64,000 nucleotides of DNA from positions 31,248,001 to 31,312,000 of the forward strand of contig NC_043000.1 of assembly GCF_006345805.1 (NCBI RefSeq). The letters run 5' to 3'. Shown piece by piece: positions 12,919 to 25,849 of this stretch (the stretch's first letter is position 1; each line of letters opens with the position of its first letter). The position numbers and the translations under genes are program-made. Under the pieces are notes generated by a model. That model did not search any database, had not been told where the DNA came from, and saw nothing but the letters and a program-made list of their open reading frames with translations. Source of the DNA: Octopus sinensis. Lineage: Eukaryota.

Positions 12919-12920
<2 letters not shown>
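10561..12920 (+). mobile_element. 5'-truncated R4/Dong-like non-LTR retrotransposon in (TAA)n
   Basis: (AAT)n at both ends; RT, CCHC and RLE coding region 10561-12699; 3' UTR 12700-12920. Confidence 0.93.
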
Positions 12921-12962
<42 letters not shown>

Positions 12963-12998
12963 TAATAATAATAATAATAATTATAATAATGATAATAA

Positions 12999-13135
12999 TT
13001 TTTCTACTATAGGCACAAAGCCTGAAATTTCGGGGTGGGGTTAGTCGATTACATCAACCCCATTGCATTACAGGTACTTAATTTATCGACTCCGAAAGGA
13101 TGAAAGGCAAAGTCGACCTCGGCGGAATTTGAACT
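12999..13135 (-). mobile_element. SINE subfamily A2 (alternative tail), 5'-truncated
   Basis: Family A core with a ...CCGAAATTTCAGGCTTTGTGCCTATAGTAGAAAA tail like that of the 23229 copy. Confidence 0.8.
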
Positions 13136-13629
13136 GCCTCGTAGAAAGGATATAAATCTCATAAGCCGTCATTCTTCATTCTTAAACATAAACTCTGCTT
13201 CTAAAACCAATCAAAGTAACTTTGGCTTGTTTTTGCTAAACCCCAGGACCTTTATTGTTTGGGTCAGTTCTCATTAGGTTGATCTACGATCAATGGACTC
13301 TTGGCATTTCAGATATGCCCAGTCAATGCAGTTGTACATCAGCTGCATTATCTAATACGTCATCCCCTTTTTGAAGACGGTAGGGTGTAATTTGAAGGAG
13401 ATTTGGCTTCTATTTCTAGCAAGTTGGCGCTCCCTCATTGAGTATTTATAAAGATCCTGCTTACGATAGAACTGACCGTACAGCAGCCATTTGACTGCTG
13501 AAGGTTAAAGGCAGTGAAGGAAGTGATAGGATGGCCAGCGCCGCCGTACTCAGCTCGTACTCCACGACACAGTTGTTTCATTGATGTAATGTACTTTCAA
13601 TTATAGCGGATATGGCGAATTTTATTGAT

Positions 13630-13730
13630 GGAGAGAGAGAGAGGGAAAGAGAGAGAGAGAGAGAAAGAAAGAAAGAAAGAGAGAAAGAGAGGGAGAGAGA
13701 AAGAAAGAAGAAAGAGAGCGAGAGAGAAAG

Positions 13731-13769
<39 letters not shown>

Positions 13770-13770
13770 G
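13630..13770. repeat. GA/GAAA-rich tract
   Basis: Directly visible. Confidence 0.95.
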
Positions 13771-14315
13771 ATGAATAAGAATAGCAGAACTAGTGTGGTT
13801 CTTTGGTTTAGTCATCGCAGTCGCGGCCATGTTGGAGCCAACGCCTTAAAAAAAGTCTGCAGAGGAATTTATATTACCGTCAGTGATTTGGTGACGCTAA
13901 AGTGTATTTATTTGTGCTTCAATCCAACAAATGACTCATATTTTAGAAAATTTTTTAGAAACGATCTTTTTTTACAAGTCATTCATTCATTTCTATTTTA
14001 TTTAAAAAACAAATCAAAGCAAACACAACAAAACGACTTCTTAATTTCTCCGAAGTCATTGTTGTGAGGGAATGGAGTTTAAGAATTGAATTTCTGACAC
14101 TTAATGGTCCTTGTAATTCCAATTATCACGTGGTTTCGATTTTTACAACTTTGGAAATCGGTGGACACACATTAGGGTTTATTTGTTTAGAACAAGGCCG
14201 CTTCAGTCATTTATTGACAATTAAAAGAAGGCCGCGTGATTCATTTATTGACAATTAAATGAAGCCGCTTAAGTCTTTTATTGACAGTTAAAAAGATTAT
14301 TCAGATTAGGCTCCA

Positions 14316-14745
14316 GGATCTTTTCGGTTTGAACGGCAGTTTTTTCTAGCGGTGTCATATGAAATTGTCGCCTATAATTATGACCCTAGTATCGATCTAT
14401 TGCATTTCAATCTGTTTTAGGGTTAGGGTTTGTTAGGGTTAGGGGTGGAGAGAAGGGTATCTCTTTTTCTTCACAAATGTAAATAAACCCAATCTGTTTC
14501 TTAAACGAGGGACATATTCATACGGCACAGAATGTTTTTTTTACCTCAATAGACGTCAGTGATTGGTTGAAATTGCAGAAATTGAAGAAAAAACAACAAC
14601 AAATATCTTACAAACTATAGAATTTTCTCAATAAGGCCAAGAGAAAAAGATGTTTTATAAACACATTCTACCAGTATACGAAGTTTAAAATTTTTTAGTT
14701 ACCTAGAAATTATGTTAAAAACTGCCGTTCAAACTGAAAAGATCC
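14316..14745. mobile_element. MITE with ~30-bp TIRs and internal TTAGGG repeats
   Basis: GGATCTTTTCGGTTTGAACGGCAGTTTTT and AAAAACTGCCGTTCAAACTGAAAAGATCC; flanked by AGGCTCCA and AGGCTCCG (8-bp TSD-like). Confidence 0.85.
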
Positions 14746-14875
14746 AGGCTCCGTAGTTAGGAAGATCGTTTTGAAATTGCATTGTTTCGGGTTCTGTCCC
14801 ACTCAACGACATCTCTTCCATAATATACCAATACCTTGTGAATTTGGCAGACAGAAACTGCGTGCAAGTTCGTCC

Positions 14876-14909
<34 letters not shown>

Positions 14910-15045
14910 CCGCTCGAATACTTTGGAAGGTGCACAAAAAATAAGAGGTGTTACCTTAGTACACTGGTAGTGAACATCTGAGACCCTAGTGCATCTCCAG
15001 CGTTAGAAGCGGTGCCAAGAAAATGATAATAATAATAATAATAAT

Positions 15046-15102
<57 letters not shown>

Positions 15103-15139
15103 GTAGTAGTAATAATAATAGTAATGATTATTATTATTA

Positions 15140-15376
15140 TTATTCAAGGACCTTTTGAGCGGGATGGGCTACTCAACCAGAAGAAAATTCTAACTGGGCT
15201 CCACCTGCAAGGTCATGCACTGTTTATTTCGATATGAGCTCACCATGTCGCGCACATATGTTTGTGATGCATGTGCCCAGTGTACCATTATCAGACGGGT
15301 AGTCATGATGGGTATACTGGGCTTCGTATATTTTACCTCAGTGTCACTTTGATGGCATGCACTGCTCTCTCACTCA
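15140..15376 (+). mobile_element. 5'-truncated copy of the ~555-bp element
   Basis: Retains the 3' end; followed by (TAC)n(TAA)n. Confidence 0.9.
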
Positions 15377-15377
15377 A

Positions 15378-15445
<68 letters not shown>

Positions 15446-15467
15446 ATAATAATAATAATAATAATAA

Positions 15468-16023
15468 ATGCCCTGATGCAGTACCAGGCAGTGGCTCTCA
15501 TGGCTTCTGATCTTAACTGATTGGAAGTGTTATCATGTACATTGTTTTCTCTTGGTATAAAAGATGGGCTACAACAAATATTCTGCTCAATACCACAGAT
15601 TTGCTTGTCAGTTGTTTGACCTTAACCAGTTGAGCATGTCCCTTAGTGGCTGACGATATGTGCAACTCTGATCACGAGCAGAAGTAGTGGGGGAGCATCA
15701 TAGCCATGTGTTAAGAGGGATTCTTTGGGGTTTGAATAATTCACCTCTGGAAACATGGGTGGTTCTTTCAACATCCTTAAACAACCCTTATTCAGGGACC
15801 TTTTGAGCGGGATGGGCTACTCAACCTGAAGAAAATTCTAACAGGGCCCCACCTGCAAGGTCATGTGCTGTTTATCTTGATATGAGATCACCATGTCGCG
15901 CACATATGGTTGTGATGCATGTGCCTGGCGTACCCTTATCAGACGGGTAGTCATGATGGGTATATTGAGCTTCGTATATTTTACTCCAGTGTCACTTTGA
16001 TGGCATGAACTGCTCTCTCACTC

Positions 16024-16024
<1 letters not shown>
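15468..16024 (+). mobile_element. ~555-bp non-coding TAA-associated retroelement, full-length
   Basis: (TAA)n on both sides. Confidence 0.92.
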
Positions 16025-16068
<44 letters not shown>

Positions 16069-16635
16069 TAATAATAAAATAATAATAAATAATAATAATA
16101 ATGATAAACCTTGGATGGAATCTATAAACATTTATTGCATCGCTACGCGCATATGACTCCTAAGATTACAGTCCGTATTCCTGGGATGATTACAGTGTAG
16201 TCCATGGGTATCAGATTGACCATCATCATTGGTTCATTTCTTTAGGCGATATAACATTAGTGGATGTACAGAAGAAGAATGTTTATCCGTTTTTACCAGC
16301 ATCAAGGTTCAGAGAGTAATGCAAGTATTTCTGTGTGTATTTAGTGTTGAGGAGGGGGAGGTGATGGGAACAGAGGGAGGAATGGTAGTTATATGGGGAT
16401 GGAGATGTGTGTGGCGGTATTGGATTTATTTTGCTATTCGTTCAGCATATGTTAAGGATGGGTAGCATAATCAATTCAGTGAGCAAACGCCACTGATAAA
16501 TATAGCAGAAGTACCCGATGACCTATAAATGAAATAGTCATCCCTTAAATGAAATCAAACGAAAGACTGTGGCCGGCACAATGGAATAGGAGCTTATTTG
16601 CATATTCAAAACGTTCCCATAATCAAATTTAAAAG

Positions 16636-16637
<2 letters not shown>

Positions 16638-16730
<93 letters not shown>
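16638..16730. repeat. (TATC)n
   Basis: Directly visible. Confidence 0.97.
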
Positions 16731-16731
<1 letters not shown>

Positions 16732-16873
16732 AAGTGAAGGCATTTGAAAGATACACAAAAATATAATCGGTTGAACTCCATGCATGCGAGACTCCGGTCA
16801 AAAGTTTTTGCGTCTAGTCCTACAAATTGTATTTCTATATGACAGACCATGCTGATGAGATTGCAGTTTATCC

Positions 16874-17102
16874 TTACTCTTTACTCTTTTACTCTTTTAC
16901 TTGTTTCAGTCAATTGACTGCGGCCATGCTGGAGCACCGCCTTTAATCGAGCAAATCGACCCCGGGACTTATTCTTTTGTAAGCCCGGTACTTATTCTAT
17001 CGGTCTCTTTTGCCGAACCGCTAAGTACGGGGACATAAACACACCAGCATCGGTTGTCAAGCAATGCTAGGGGGACAAACACAGACCACAAACACACACA
17101 CG

Positions 17103-17135
<33 letters not shown>

Positions 17136-17290
17136 CGACGGGCTTCTTTCAGTTTCCGTCTACCAAATCCACTCACAAGGCTTTGGTCGGCCCGAGGCTA
17201 TAGCAGAAGACACTTGCCCAAGTGCCACGCAGTGGGACTGAACCCGGAACCATGCGGTTGGTAAACAAGCTACTTACCACACAGCCACTC
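16874..17290 (-). mobile_element. SINE family B (tRNA head, CORE-like motif, internal (TA)n/(TG)n, AAAAGAGT-repeat tail)
   Basis: A box TGGCTGTGTGG, B-box-like GGTTCAGTCCC, CORE-like GGCAC(C)TTGGGCAAG. Confidence 0.9.
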
Positions 17291-17618
17291 GCGGATATTA
17301 ACAATCAAAACTGATCGGTACATGGGTAATCATTTTTATTTCGTATATTTTCATTTGTCTTGCTTATTTTTAATGCTTTGGTTTGTGCTGAGTTTTTTAT
17401 TTGAGAATATATTCTTTGTGGAAAATAGCGATTTGACGTCTATATCTAGCATGTTGACCGTCTACTTTTAGTGGTCAGTCCTTTAAATTTTGTATGTAAA
17501 AATATTTTAATCTTCGGATTTTTTTAATATGCTGGGCCACTGGTTTTAATTGATTAATATCAATTTCTACCCTTATTAAATTTTAAATGCATATATGCAT
17601 TTATTAAATGCATGTATA

Positions 17619-17930
17619 GCGCAGGAGTGGCTGTGTGGTTAGTAGCTTGTTTACCAACCGCATGGTTCCGGGTTCAGTCCCACTGCGTGGCACCTTGGGC
17701 AAGTGACGTCTACTATAGCCTCGGGCCGACCAAAGCCTTGTGAGTGGATTTGGTAGACGGAAACTGAAAGAAGCCTGTCGTATATATGTATATATATATG
17801 TATATGTATATGTATGTGTGTGTTTGTGTGTCTGTGTTTGTCCCCCTAGCATTGCTTGACAACCGATGCTGGTGTGTTTATGTCCCCGTTACTTAGCGGT
17901 TCGGCAAAAGAGACCGATAGAATAAGTACT
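17619..17930 (+). mobile_element. SINE family B, 3' end cut off by an A/T-tract array
   Basis: Homology stops at GATAGAATAAGTACT. Confidence 0.9.
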
Positions 17931-18672
17931 ATTTTTGGGGAATATTTTCGGTGAAAATTTTAGAAAAATTTTTTGGTTAAAATTTTCCCCAAAAATTTTT
18001 CAAAAATTTCCGTGAAAATTTTCCAAAAATTTTTGGGGAAAATTTTCGAAAACTTTTTGGGGAAAATTTGGAAAAATTTTTGGAGAAAATTTTCAGTGGA
18101 AATTTTGGAAAAATTTTTGGGGAAAAGTTTCGGTGAAAATTTTCGAAAACATTTTGGGTAAAATTTTCAGTTAAAACTTTTGAAAAATTTTTGGGGAAAA
18201 CTTTCGGCAAAAATTTTCGAAAAAGTATGGAAGGCCAGTGGTTCTAAAATCACAAAGTATGGAAGGCCAGCAGTTCCAAAATCACAAAGTATGGAAAGCC
18301 AGCGGTACCCAAATCACAAAGTATGGAAAGCCAGCGGTTCCAATTTTCTAAAAAATTCTTGAGGAAAATTTTCGGTGAAAATTTTAGAAAAATATTTTGG
18401 TAAAATTTTCATTGAAAATTTTCCCCAAAAATTTTTCAAAAATTTCCGTGAAAATTTTCCAAAAATTTTTGGGGAAAATTTTCAGAGAGAATTTTTGAAA
18501 AATTTTTGGTGAAAATTTTGGAAAAATTTTTGGGGAAAATTTTCCGTGAAAATTTTGGAAATATTTTTGGGGAAAATTTTCAGTGAAAATTTTGGAAAAA
18601 TTTTTGGGGAAAATTTTCGGTGAAAATTTTCGAAAACTTTTTGGAGAAAATTTTCTGACAATTCCCCAAAAT
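17931..18672. repeat. Phased GAAAATTTT(C/T) array, two similar blocks around ~4 x 32-bp units
   Basis: Central unit AAAGTATGGAAGGCCAGYRGTTCYAAAATCAC at 18222-18345; ends ATTTTTGGGGAAT and ATTCCCCAAAAT. Confidence 0.85.
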
Positions 18673-18742
18673 AAAAAAAAACGTTACGAGAGCATACACG
18701 GGATGCTTAAACCAGCTGCCTCTAAAGTGAGCATAAAAAAAA

Positions 18743-18775
<33 letters not shown>

Positions 18776-18859
18776 TGTATTTATTCATGTATGCATGTAT
18801 GTATGTATGTATATATATATATTATATATATATATATATATTATATATATATATATATA

Positions 18860-19354
<495 letters not shown>

Positions 19355-20389
19355 TATACAGACACACACACACATACACACACGCATACTCACATACATA
19401 CACACGCACGCACACACACACACATGTCTGCATCTATATATCGTAATATTTTGTCTCCAACCTGATGAGGTTAAGAATAAGAACTGTTGTAAACTTTCCT
19501 GCAATAACGCAACTGAGAGACTGAATGGTTTCTTGTTGAATGAGATATCAGCAAAAGTGAAGAAATCCTCAATTGAGTGTACAAAAAATGAGCAAAACAA
19601 AAGGAATATTCTAGTGCGGATTCTATTTTCATAGTTTACCAAATGGAAGGAACAGCCTAAGGTTTGGTAGAAGCATTCAAGCATGAATCACCGGCATGGA
19701 AATAGATGCTTGGAATAACTTGCAGAATTGTAGCAGACATAAATATCTGTTTGGAACAGAACGATCAGTATATTTAGCTTTTGCGCAAGTCAGCCAACCC
19801 GCTAGAAATATTAGCCAAATGTATCTCAAATTATAATTTACCTCTAAAAATGGAGAAAGACATAAAATAGGGAAAATAAAGATTACTTATAATAGGGAAG
19901 GCCACAGTATACCTTGTATAATGTGATCTTAGGTAGACCGTGACTGACAAAAAGGAAAAAAAAAAAAAAGAGAAGTGATGGTCACTGCTGGAATGTTTTT
20001 GATTAGTAATCTACTTCAGACAGATCTGACCTGGAGTTAAGCGACCACAATGGCCACGACTATTACAATAAACTGATTCTAAGCATTTTAAATTAGCCTT
20101 TTAGCAAAGGGGCAATAAGCAAATTGTCAGTCTGTGGTTAACTAAGGATTAGGGTCCGCTACCATTGATCGTCCTTCTCTCGTTTAGGATTTACATTGAA
20201 ATCTTAACTGAGCCACCACACTCCATCACTACTGAATGCTTATTTACCTCTACAGTAGCACTCAATGCAAACACCGCTGATTTGACAGTGACACAAACCA
20301 AAACACTACTCCCTCCTATATTTACGGCGTTGACACAACAAATTTTGGAGGTGAAACAGTTGATAAATTGCGGGGGTGGAACAATCGAT

Positions 20390-20540
20390 AAGTTATTCAC
20401 AGTATACCACTGGTACTTTATTGGCTCAGGAAGGATGAAAAACAAAGTCGTCTCTGGCGGGATTTGAACTTAAAGCGTAAAGAGATGACTCTCTATATTG
20501 CAAAAGTATTTTACGGTATTTTACACGTTGCTCTACCATT
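20390..20540 (-). mobile_element. Degenerate SINE A-like copy
   Basis: Plus-strand GGTACTTTATT..GGATGAAA..CAAAGTC..GGCGGGATTTGAAC matches the reverse complement of the A core. Confidence 0.6.
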
Positions 20541-20992
20541 CGGCTTTCACCACATATTGTGTTGACTATAAAACTATTGGACACCAGATGTCGCTGCAGT
20601 ACACTGAAAAAGACCACACCCTACAGTCACAACAACTATAACATCTATGATGTATTATATCATACTACTACACATACCACTATATCACATCACAGCACTT
20701 CAACATTAACCACAGCTCTACAACCACTGTAATACATTGCCCTTTACTGCAACAACCTCTGCTACTTAACATTATAGTGCATTACAACAACAAACACAAC
20801 AACTATAACTACAACAACAACACCAGCCACTACAATTTATTACCACTGAACAACTACAACCATCACTACAATCGTACAATTACCTCCCATCACCACAACT
20901 ACAACAGTTTGGTCCTGTTGCTAGATTTTCCGAGTTCTCTACTCTGAGGGTCCGGCTGCGTTGAGGGCTTGTGTTAGTCGACCACATACCAC

Positions 20993-21075
20993 ATATCCGG
21001 CAGGGGGTGGTGGCGACCCCTGTTGTACTCTTTCGCCCCAACTTTCTCTCACTAATTCTTCCTGTTTCTTGTCCC
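20993..21075 (+). mobile_element. Diverged fragment of SINE family C
   Basis: CAGGGGGTGGTGGCGACCCCTGTTGTACTCTTTCGCCCCAACTTTCTCTCACT aligns to the reverse complement of part of 58724-59064. Confidence 0.7.
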
Positions 21076-21434
21076 GGACTTCCTACGCAACCGCTGAGCC
21101 TGGATGCGCATTCATCCATCCGTCGATGCTCTCGGTGCCGGGGGTTGACCTGCTTTCTCTTCTGCAGGTCTTACGAATAGCAAAGGACCACGTTTCGGAC
21201 ATCTCCCATCTTGCGAGCTCTGGGACGAAGACCGATCGCTCAACAGCAACAGCAACATACCACATAGTCATGGAAGATGAGGATGGATCTCGTGGAGATA
21301 AGGACTGACTGCGACTCTCCTCGACTGGTCAACCAGGGGAAGCCGAGAATCAACCGACAAATGGTGAAACAAAATAGTAGCACCATCTTTCTCTTCGTCC
21401 TCTATCATCATCAACAACACCAGCATAATCCTAC

Positions 21435-22330
21435 TCCTCCTCTTCCTCCTCTTCTTCCTCCTCTTCCTCCTCCTCCCCTCCTCTCTCCTCCTCTTCTTCT
21501 TCTTCCTCCTCCTCCTCCTCCTCCTCCTCCTCCTCCTCCTCTTCTTCTTCTTCCTCCTCCTCCTCCTCCTCCTCCTCTTCTTCTTCTTCCTCCTCCTCCT
21601 CCTCCTCCTCTTCTTCTTCTTCCTCCTCTTCTTCTTCCTCCTCTTCTTCTCTCTTCCTTCCTCCTCCTCCTCTCCTCCTCCTCTTCCTCTCTCTTCTTCC
21701 TCCTCTTCTTCTTCTTCTTCCTCCTCCTCCTCCTCCTCCTTCTTCTTCCTCCTCTCCTTCCTCTTCCTCATCTTCTTCTTCCTCCTCCTCCTCCACTTCT
21801 TCCTCCTCTCCTTCCTCTTCCTCATCTTCATCTTCTTCTTCCTCTTCCTCCTCTTCTTCCTCCTCTCCTTCCTCTTTCTCATCTTCTTCTTCTTCTTCTT
21901 CCTCTTCCTCCTCTTCTTCCTCCTCTCCTTCCTCCTCTCCTTCCTCTTCCTCCTCTCCTTCCTCTTCCTCCTCTCCTTCCTCTTCCTCCTCTCCTTCCTC
22001 TTCCTCCTCTCCTTCCTCTTCCTCCTCTCCTTCCTCTTCCTCCACTTCTTCCTCCTCTCCTTCCTCTTCCTCCTCTTCTTCCTCCTCTCCTTCCTCTTTC
22101 TCCTCTCCTTCCTCTTTCTCCTCTCCTTCCTCTTTCTCCTCTCCTTCCTCTTTCTCCTCTCCTTCCTCTTCCTCCTCTCCTTCCTCTTCCTCCTCTTCCT
22201 CCTCCTCTTCTCCTCTTCTTCCTCCTCCTCCTCCTCCTCCTCTTCCTCTTCGTCGTCGTCGTCCTCCTCCTCCTCCTCAGCAGCAGCAGCAACTCCACGA
22301 CGACGACGGCCACCACCACCACCACCACCA
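21435..22330. repeat. ~800-bp polypyrimidine (CCT/CTT) tract with 18-bp higher-order units, followed by mixed triplet runs
   Basis: Unit CCTCCTCTCCTTCCTCTT is repeated; source of the Pro/Leu-, Glu- and Arg/Lys-rich ORFs. Confidence 0.95.
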
Positions 22331-22542
22331 CCACCACCACCACCATGACCATCCTCATCGTCATCATCAAAAATCGCCATCACCATTAATCAACAACAGC
22401 CGCCTTTAATGCATTAAAGAAATGTGTTCAGTTGGGGAGAAGTAATTAAGAAAAAAGCTGCTAAAAATTAATTGTTGAAAATATAAAAAGATAAGCAACA
22501 AACAAAAGAAGGCAAGAAAGGGAGGAGGAGGAGGGGGAGGAG

Positions 22543-22578
<36 letters not shown>

Positions 22579-23228
22579 AAGAGTGAAAAAGAAAGAAAGA
22601 AAAAAGGAAGAAAGAGAGAGAGTGAGCGGGAGAGATAGAGAGAGAGAGAAAGAGAAGAGGAAGGAAAAGAAAATAACCGAAATAAACCAACCGAAATTGT
22701 TTTTAATCGATTGGTGATTAGTGATTGGGATTGTGATTAGTAATTTGTAATTTAAATGTCAAAGATGAATTGGTGAAGGATCGCGTTTAGTGGAGAGAAT
22801 GGTATTTTGTGGTAGCAGAATCTAGATTGGTTGAGAAAATAATTACTTTGTGTTTTCTTGGAGAAGAATCTAGATTTAAGGAGAGAATGATAACAAAGTG
22901 TTTCATTACTGAAGAATCTGGATGATATAGTCTTGTAGAAGAATCTTGATTAAAGAAGAGAATTGCACGATGTTTATATATACAAGGATCTAAAATCTAG
23001 AATAAGCATCTGATGGTTCGTTGTAGAAGGATCTACATTTGTAGAGAAAAGGATAATGCGATTCAGTGAGGGAGGAGAGTCTAATAGCATAGTGCTTCAT
23101 TATTTAAGGATGTAGATTGGCGGAAAGAATATTATTTCGTTGAAAAATTTATTGGGAGATGTTACTTCCGGAAAAAAACAGATCTTCGTCATGACAGAAG
23201 TTAACGTCATTCAATATATACAAGCCTG

Positions 23229-23447
23229 TAAGACGGCGAACTGGCAGAAACGTTAGCACACCGGGCGAAATGCTTCGTGGTATTTTGTCTGTTTTTACGT
23301 TCTGAGTTCAAGTTCTGCCGAGATCGACTTTTGCTTTTCATCCTTTCGGGGTCGATAAATTAAGTACCCGTTGCGTAGTGGGGTAGATCTAATCAACTGG
23401 CCCCTTCCCTAAAATTTCGGACCTTGTGCCTAGAGAAGAAAAGAATA
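23229..23447 (+). mobile_element. SINE subfamily A2, full-length
   Basis: Family A head and core with tail CCCCTTCCCTAAAATTTCGGACCTTGTGCCTAGAGAAGAAAAG. Confidence 0.85.
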
Positions 23448-23451
23448 TATA

Positions 23452-24008
23452 TTGCGTTGTCCGGAAAGTTCGTGCCGATTTTTAAAGGAAAGAAAAAGAT
23501 CAATAAATACTTGCCATTACATTTTTAATCAACCAAATATCAACCATTTTCTTGCACAATGCGTCTCCATCTTTCCTTTAACTTGAAAATACCCTCTTCC
23601 CAGAATTGAAGTGGTTTCATGGCAAAGAATTCATCAAGGTATCTTTTTACGTAATCCAAGGAATTGAAATTTTTACCATTAAGACTATTCTGCAGAGACC
23701 TGAATAAGTGGAAATCCGAAGAAGCAATATCTAGTGAATAAGGAGGGTGGGGTAACACATCCCAGCCGAGCTGCAGCAATTTTTGTCTGGTTCCCAAAGT
23801 CGAAAATGAACTTTCTTATCTTCCATTTTAAAGGGTTATAGAATAAACACAGGTTATAGGAACATAAACCTTCTTCCACGAAAAGATAGCGTTAACTGTG
23901 CTCTAAGTGGAGGTGTAGTCAAATCCTATTTTATGGACTCAACCATGTTCTAAAATAAGTCGAAAGGTAAGCTACTATAAATCGGCACGAACTTTCCGGA
24001 CAACATAA
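23452..24008 (-). mobile_element. Internally deleted mariner element
   Basis: TIR core TTGTCCGGAAAGTTCGTGCCGATTT perfect at both ends; TA flanks; transposase C-terminus HPPYSLDIASSDFHLF at 23540-23797. Confidence 0.95.
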
Positions 24009-24523
24009 TACAATCCTGTATATTTACTAGTAATTGTGCCGTCGTTACATTGGTATGTATAGTGTAGGTTACATTTCGATGATGAGGTCAAAACTGAAGT
24101 GAAATGTGTTTACAATTGTTTCCCATATTCACCGAAATACTTTAATCTATCTATCTCTCCGTTCGTCCGTCTGTCTGTCTGTATGTCTACCAATACATCT
24201 AAAACGACAACAACCTTGATAAAATAAAACAATAAATGAAATTTGTGAGAATTTAATTTAACTTTATCAATCATTGAACAAAACTGACAGCGTTTTTCTG
24301 CTGACCAATTAACTTAATAGAGACAACAATCACATTAATACCTCAGGTGACATTCTAATTTACCGCTCTCTATCGGTAACTAACGGATGATGCTGAGACT
24401 TTCAAAACTAATAATACATTGGTTTACTTCGTATTGACATCATTATTGTAGATTTCGTTAGCTATGTTAACTAGAATACTGCGGTCACTCTCTCTCTCTC
24501 TTTCGTTCTTTCTGTGTGTGTGT

Positions 24524-24789
24524 GTGTGTGTGTATCATCATCATCATCATCATCATCATCGTCGTCGTCGTTGTCGTCGTTGTCATCATCATCATCAACG
24601 TTTAACGTCTGCTTTCCATACTGGCATGGATTGGACAGTTTGAATGAGAATTGGTGAACTGGGGATGGGGGGGGGCTACACTAGGTTTCAATCTCGTTTG
24701 GCAAGGTTTCTACGGCTGGATGCTCTTCCTAACGCCCACCATTCCAAGAGTGTAGTGGGTGCTTTTTATATGCCACCGGCACGGGTGCC
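24524..24789 (-). mobile_element. (GAT)n-tailed SINE-like element, 3' part (second copy)
   Basis: Matches 2778-2960. Confidence 0.8.
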
Positions 24790-25610
24790 GTTGACCCTAA
24801 GGTTTCGGGAGGTGGGGGAGATACTCCGAACAAAGCGGAAGAGCTCCACTCTCCCTAAGTCAGGAAGAAAAGAAAGAAAAGAAAAAAGAAGAACGGGTCG
24901 TTGCAGGTGGGAGATGACGTGCCGTCTGCATGTCTCGAAGTTGTGCCACCCACAGTGGAAGAAACGACCCCCACCCTTAAAGATGATGAATTAATTATCT
25001 TTTTCTACAAAGGCGGGGAGGTGGAAAAATAGCAGAACATAAAGAGATAGTAGATATGCCCTTCACACGGGATCCCGAATGGCCTCCGCAGATAGCTGTG
25101 GAGGTCATAAGGCTTCCCTTGTGGGAAAGGCTTAAAGGATTTGGGGAGGAGTGTCGCATATGGCCGGGTGGCCCTTACACGACTTACATGTTCTACATGA
25201 GTGAGGCTTCGGAAATAGCGGGATACAGGAACTCAAGCGGCATTGAAGATAATGATGGATATATTGATGGATACATCGATGAGTAGGAGGTGAAAAAGCC
25301 TCGTTAGAGGGTTTGAAACCTCATCTTATTGTATTATTTGTAGTGGTTTATAACCTCAATTGCGTGTTTAAAAAAAAACGAACATAGCAAGTAAGAGGTT
25401 TTAGTGCCTCCTTCTTGTAAGAGGTTTGAAACCTCATATTGATTTTTTAAAAAAAGAAAATATGTTTTCGAGAAAAATCAAATCGGCGGGTGTTGGGTTT
25501 CGTCTCTCATTTATTCATTTTATTTAATTTTCATTCATTAATGTGTTTGTCCAGCCCGCAAAGCTACCCAATCTTTGTACTGTCTTCATGACAAAATTTA
25601 ATGAAACAAA

Positions 25611-25720
25611 GTAGCTTGCTTACCAACCACATGGACTCAGATTCTGTCCCACTGCGTGGCACCTTGGGCAAGTGTCTTCTACTATAGCCTTGTTAGACGG
25701 GAACTGAAAGAAGCCTGTCG

Positions 25721-25775
<55 letters not shown>

Positions 25776-25779
25776 ACAC

Positions 25780-25849
<70 letters not shown>

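Noticed and set aside
14413-14443. Telomere or interstitial fusion site
   Set aside because: Only a few TTAGGG units, located inside a TIR element.
15468-15540. HDV-like ribozyme at the 5' end of the 555-bp element
   Set aside because: Partial P2/P3-like pairing by eye, but no room for P1.1 or P4; unsupported without covariance analysis.
18222-18345. 32-bp repeats as a CRISPR array
   Set aside because: No spacers, eukaryotic context, no cas genes.
19560-19760. RTE-like RT fragment (EAF..W..MLGIT)
   Set aside because: Similarity is short and interrupted by stops; needs an HMM search.
20880-21430. GC-rich island as a host exon
   Set aside because: Part is a SINE C relic; all frames contain stops and no motif is recognisable.
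21268-22389. 370-aa Pro/Leu-rich, Arg/Lys-rich and Glu-rich ORFs
   Set aside because: Translations of a stop-free triplet repeat, open on both strands.
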